Shown here one piece after another: positions 59,388 through 64,000 of a DNA stretch of 64,000 nucleotides. Location: positions 14,756,001 to 14,820,000 of the forward strand of contig CM119380.1 in the NCBI GenBank assembly GCA_051294905.1, read 5' to 3'. Under the pieces are notes generated by a model, which searched no databases, was not told the origin of the DNA, and saw only the letters and a list, made by a program, of their open reading frames with translations. The DNA comes from Botryllus schlosseri (taxonomy: Eukaryota). Made by a program: the position numbers and the translations under genes. Positions within the stretch are counted from its first letter, which is position 1. Every line of letters starts with the position of its first letter.

Positions 59388-59402
59388 ATTGCCGCGATAG
59401 CT

Positions 59403-59536
59403 TGTAGATAGTAATTGTATTAACAGAATCAGTACAGGCAAACTTAGTCCGACCCACCACCGCCGCCGCTCTCACGTTCTCCCCACACCAGTGCCTCTCG
59501 CAGGTCCTGGTGCACATACAACGCATGCAAACCACA
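59403..59536 (-). repeat. 5' LTR
   Basis: Identical to 55365-55498. Confidence 0.97.
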
Positions 59537-59685
59537 GCTTCATATTAGAAGCAAGACAAAGTAATCCTCTCCGTACTATTCAACGGAGATTTGGTTCGTT
59601 TCATCGTCAGAGTACTTTCGATTGCACCAATTTAGCAATCACCATTAACTGCCTTGATCTTTGAAGACAAACGATTAGTATAAGA

Positions 59686-60264
59686 ATGCCGCTGCAACAC
59701 TCTCCGACCGACGAGAAAGTTCGATTAGCTCCTTTGTTCAAGACTGTCGCCAAGATGACCGTTGAAGAGATGCGTATAGAACTTGCTGCTCTCGAATTGC
59801 CAACCACTGGGAACAAGGCCGTGCTATCGGAAAGACTGAAGAAAGCTCGTGAGTGTAAGCCCGACAATTTGGAGACATCTAGAACGCAACCGCCAGATTC
59901 ACCGGTGCTAGATCAATCCGCGGCTTCTCCCGATCCATTTTCACTTCAGACCGAGAAGCCGAACGACATTATGGTGATGTTTACACTGATGAAACAACAT
60001 CAAGAAGCCGCCGAGAAAAGATTCCTTCTTCAGATTGAAGCGATGCGTCAGGAGGCGAAAGAAGAGAGACACAATTTAACTCAATTCTTCACCGACGTAC
60101 GCATCAAGGAGGCAGAGAAATCTAATTCTAGCGGGGACTCCAATCTGCCCAGAGTCATTGGTAAGCGATTTAAGCGAATGAATAAAGATCTTCTGGAACT
60201 ATTGCAGGCACTCGAACTCAAGTACACGACCAAGCAAACACTCGATATCCCGTGGAGTTACTGA
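59686..60264 (+). CDS. SAP-domain protein, probably the N-terminus of an older, decayed retroelement Gag
   Basis: MTVEEMRIELAALELPTTGNKAVLSERL fits the SAP consensus and is followed by a coiled coil. Downstream frames are broken, with a weak GLAQYAQ...DYQRK*IL gag-like relic. Confidence 0.6.
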   Translation: MPLQHSPTDEKVRLAPLFKTVAKMTVEEMRIELAALELPTTGNKAVLSERLKKARECKPDNLETSRTQPPDSPVLDQSAASPDPFSLQTEKPNDIMVMFTLMKQHQEAAEKRFLLQIEAMRQEAKEERHNLTQFFTDVRIKEAEKSNSSGDSNLPRVIGKRFKRMNKDLLELLQALELKYTTKQTLDIPWSY

Positions 60265-63200
60265 TATGTCCACAATTGTTCCCACTCGTCCCACCTCCCA
60301 CCCTCAGTTACGGAGGACTTGCTCAGTATGCCCAAGATTGGACGTCAATTTATGTAACTCCAGGTGACTACCAGAGGAAGTGAATTTTAGAATGCTCCTG
60401 TACCAGTCACCAATGACCATTCCAGTGGATGTCATAATGGTATTATGCCTGGATGCCACCTACACAGGTGTTCGTCAGAATGTCCCTACTTGGGAATCGT
60501 TTCTATGAATTCAAGTGTGCATTGTGCAATCATTGCAAAATAGTTTTCTGAATACACTCATGAATGTCATGATACATTTCACCATTTGTAATCTATCGGA
60601 GTGAATACGAGAATGTTGATTGATGATATGGCGATGACTTTCTATCGCGCGGAACTTCAGAAGCCCGGCTATCGATGATCGCGGTCGCACATATGTAGCC
60701 TACGATGTAGAGACATACAGCTATTTTATTGTGACATTACTGGATCGAAATGTCCACATCAAGGCAAAATACATTATTTCGAATATACCGTATACCCAAT
60801 GCATGTGAAATCTTCCGACATGAAAACTTGACAACCGTAATAACGGCATGGTGATGACTATTCCAATCACGGAACTATACTCAGTCTGCCCGGCTATTAT
60901 CGATAATTAAGGCCGCACTGCTCAAGAGGCCAGCGATAATGGATATGAGGCATTCCGATACCTGTCGAATCTCGAGTGTCGAGCCGAGCACGCCTGTTGC
61001 TTGAAATTCATTCAACCATAAAACCAAATGACTCCGTTCTTCTGTCTGGCGAGCATTCGCGCGTGATTCGATTTGAATTTGAAAGAACAGGTTTGTAGTA
61101 ATGGCGGAGTGACGGATTTATCACAGGAATGGTTTAGTTTAGAATAGGATACTTAACGGCGTGGATGGATTGTGCCTGCAATTGATTATTATTGATATTG
61201 TCGCTGTCATGAGTACTGGAAAGGCAGATATCACGGAAGCTTGGTATTTGAGTGCTATATTTATTGAACAGCAACAGCCTCGGTCATCATTAACTGCGAT
61301 AACCGTAATGAATTTCACTATGATTCTAGTGGCACGTCTGCGGCTGCGCCGCGGTTTATCATGTACGAACGAAACTAATCGACCCGCTGCTAATCGTAAA
61401 CTTATGCAGTACTTGTAATACTATATAGTATAGCGATGAGCATGATCATGATAATATTTAATTATAATGTAATCATTGAAGTTCGATTTGCAGCACAGTG
61501 GGTTTCATGTTGTTGTAATATCCAACTTACTGTTTGATGTGTACGGTATATACTATGAAAAGTTTGACATGAATTTCCAAAGACTGCAAGATCCATGCAG
61601 CAAACCAGATGCAGCATCGATGAATGTATTATAGCCAGTGGTTAGGTTTATAATTATAGCTATATAATTTGAAAGTGTATTATAGGATGTTCCTTTACAG
61701 AATGTGAGATTGCTGAATTTGTGGCTGAAAACTATAGTTGCGCCTATGATAATGAATAGTAGCATCCCATTGACCGGCATGTAGGCTATATTATCGTATT
61801 TGTTGTAATTTTGTGTTGTGCCCACAACAACATTAAAACAATTGATACTAGGCGAGGCTTTCGGTGAACATGTCAAAATGTATGGCTTTATTATTAGTTT
61901 AATGTTGGGGTATTCCAGGAACAATCATTATAGTTAATCCAACTTTAACCTCAGGCTAATTTAATGACACCCAAACGCTAAACCAATTATAAACTACATG
62001 GATTTTAACATGTTCATGGGGAAGACGGGTTGTCGCAATGTCGGCAATGTTGCCGTGCAACATACTTAAAATGCTTACTTATAACTTGCAATATAACGAT
62101 AACTTATAATTTATATACATGTAACTTAGCTATACGATATCTTGAAATCCCTGGTAAGAAATAGTAGTCGCATTTAGCTCATTGGATATCTTGCACGTTC
62201 CTCGTCATATATTATGAAAGTTTGAAATTGGTGAAAATAGATAATTATTCCATTTGAATTTTCACTTCTTCTTGGACCTTGAGTTGACATTGATCTTTAG
62301 ATATTTCGCCCATTACCTTCCAATAAGTAGGCCTATATTGCACAGAGACATTGTGCCAACATTCACAAAATATATTAACATTGCCTACATTACAGCGACA
62401 TTCACAAAGTAGATGGGCCCTAGGGAAGACTGATTGCTTTGCTGATAGTCATGTTGTCGTGAATAAGAAAGCACACTATTGACCCTTATTATCAATGGAT
62501 TCTTCATGCGGATGAGGCTGGGGCATACCTGGGTCTGCGTATACAACATTGCTTCATTTTTAGCAGGAGTCTAAATATGGAACAGGCAATGTTATATAGT
62601 ACTTTTCAACTTTGGAGCAACGCATCGCAGTCGTGCATTGTCCATGGATTAAGAAGTTGAATCATGTAAGTTGGAGTGATGATTTATGATTGTTCATGTT
62701 CATTGATCAGCGATTTGTTAGCCTGAAAAAAGTGTCATAAATGATGCGCAAATAGACTCTGTGTCGGTGGTTCCCGATCAGGATTTTGCCAGTGGTGCTC
62801 AAAATTGCTGCATGATATTTTGATATTATATTGATGTTCGTTGAATCCAAGTGTGCCATAATTCACAGTGACGCTGATCTGGTATGCATGATTTCTATAG
62901 ATATCTCAGGTTGGCCGCATCACTTCTGTTCTGATTAGTAGGGCTTGGCAAAATCGAGCACCTGAGTGAAGAGTGATTGATTCTGAATTTGGTGTTAAGT
63001 GTCAAGTATTCGATAACCACTCATCATGTTATACTCATAACAGTATGAGTATTATGGAAGGTTGAAAATGTATCTTTTATGTTTTCACTAAGAACATACA
63101 ATGATGCCATGCAAGTTTTACATCAGACTAAATTACAGATAATTTGGTGTATTTTCGACCGATACCTATTTCATTGCACTTTGTGACTATGCATTGGGTT

Positions 63201-63379
63201 AATCATGACTTCACAGATATGTCATTTCCACTAAAGTGAATAGCTTTAGGTATCGTATGTCGGATGTATAAAATGTTCTATTAGGCGTACGGAGCTGTAT
63301 AATGCTGACGAAGAGTGCAGAACGTCAAGGATCAGATCGCACATGGTGAATTCGGTGTATCCCAAGATTAGGGTTGGAG

Positions 63380-63470
63380 GGGCTTAGGTTTAGGCCGAGT
63401 TCACCGAAGGCCGAGTTTACCGTAGGCTGAGTTCAATGGGCCGAATTAACCATGGCCCGAGTTCACTGGT
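63380..63470. repeat. Short-period ggccgagttcacc-like repeats (probable MITE subterminal repeats)
   Basis: About 5 degenerate copies next to ttagggtt-like sequence. Confidence 0.7.
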
Positions 63471-63538
63471 AATCGAATTAATACTCGATTTAGATTCGAG
63501 TACTCAATTTCTCATGTGCCCAGCCCTACTGATTAGTG

Positions 63539-64000
63539 CAGAGGTCTCAAACTCAAATGTGCTCGCGGGCCAATTTCCTAGTTCTGATGACGCCGCGGGC
63601 CGCAGCATCAATAATAGGGATATTCAATGTATAATTTCTAAGTAGGCCTTATTTGACGGGACCTTGCAGACAGGCAATCCACAAACATCGTGAAAATGTA
63701 ATTTGCTATTCTATACTATTCACGCTTGACACGGAAAAAATCACATTTTGAAATAATTTAATAAAATTGTTTTTGTGCCGGGCATAATTTTTTCCAATTA
63801 ATGAGTGATAGACATCATGCGAGAGGATGTATCGTAAAACTGTCGGGTTATAATATTGCAGCTAGTGAACCTTTGACGTGCCACAATTCTATGTAAAATA
63901 TTTTAAAATCTACTGAAGATTGATCTGATATCAGAGCATTTGAGCGGTGTAGCCTAATCCTGGTTTTGATATAGTCGTGATGAGTAGATCTAGCGGCTAT
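63539..64000 (+). mobile_element. hAT-type MITE (CAGAGGTCTCAAACTC end), same family as 9778
   Basis: TIR-like start and alignable internal sequence. The right end is not visible. Confidence 0.7.

Larger units (their letters stand above)
55365..59536 (-). mobile_element. Intact Ty3/Gypsy LTR retrotransposon (Mag-like: two CCHC knuckles, short LTRs)
   Basis: Identical 134-bp TG...CA LTRs at 55365-55498 and 59403-59536, a 5-bp TSD GCTTC, a polypurine tract AGGGGGG next to the 3' LTR, and domain order PR-RT-RH-IN. Confidence 0.97.

Noticed and set aside
59388-59441. The track start of gag at 59441
   Set aside because: It is a non-ATG codon inside the LTR; the first ATG after the LTR, at 59387, is the plausible start.

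Overview
AT-rich animal genomic DNA, probably from a marine invertebrate (a tunicate is plausible, by inference only). It has three parts. (1) 1-25.6 kb: two blocks (1-9.4 kb and 17.8-25.6 kb) of compact, apparently intronless, almost all minus-strand ORFs that look like an endogenous large-DNA-virus-like element. They encode a BIR/IAP gene cut by the left edge (missed by the ORF track), two novel paralog pairs, a signal-peptide LRR protein, two divergent Merlin/IS1595-type DDE transposases with no visible terminal inverted repeats (TIRs), a class I fusion-type glycoprotein, and a mucin-stalked glycoprotein that shares its head domain with the fusogen. The blocks are separated by about 8 kb of old DNA containing a heavily decayed BEL/Pao pol. 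No polymerase, capsid or terminase gene is visible in the window. (2) 26-55 kb: host DNA dense in nested hAT-type MITEs with 8-bp target-site duplications (TSDs). It hides a tandem family of three two-exon genes for 41-48 aa Cys-rich/Asp-rich micropeptides, also missed by the ORF track. (3) 55.4-59.5 kb: an intact, very young Ty3/Gypsy element with identical 134-bp LTRs, a 5-bp TSD, a -1 frameshift heptamer and an atypical primer-binding site (PBS), followed by a SAP-domain ORF and decayed sequence. All calls come from manual reading and translation; no database search was run.
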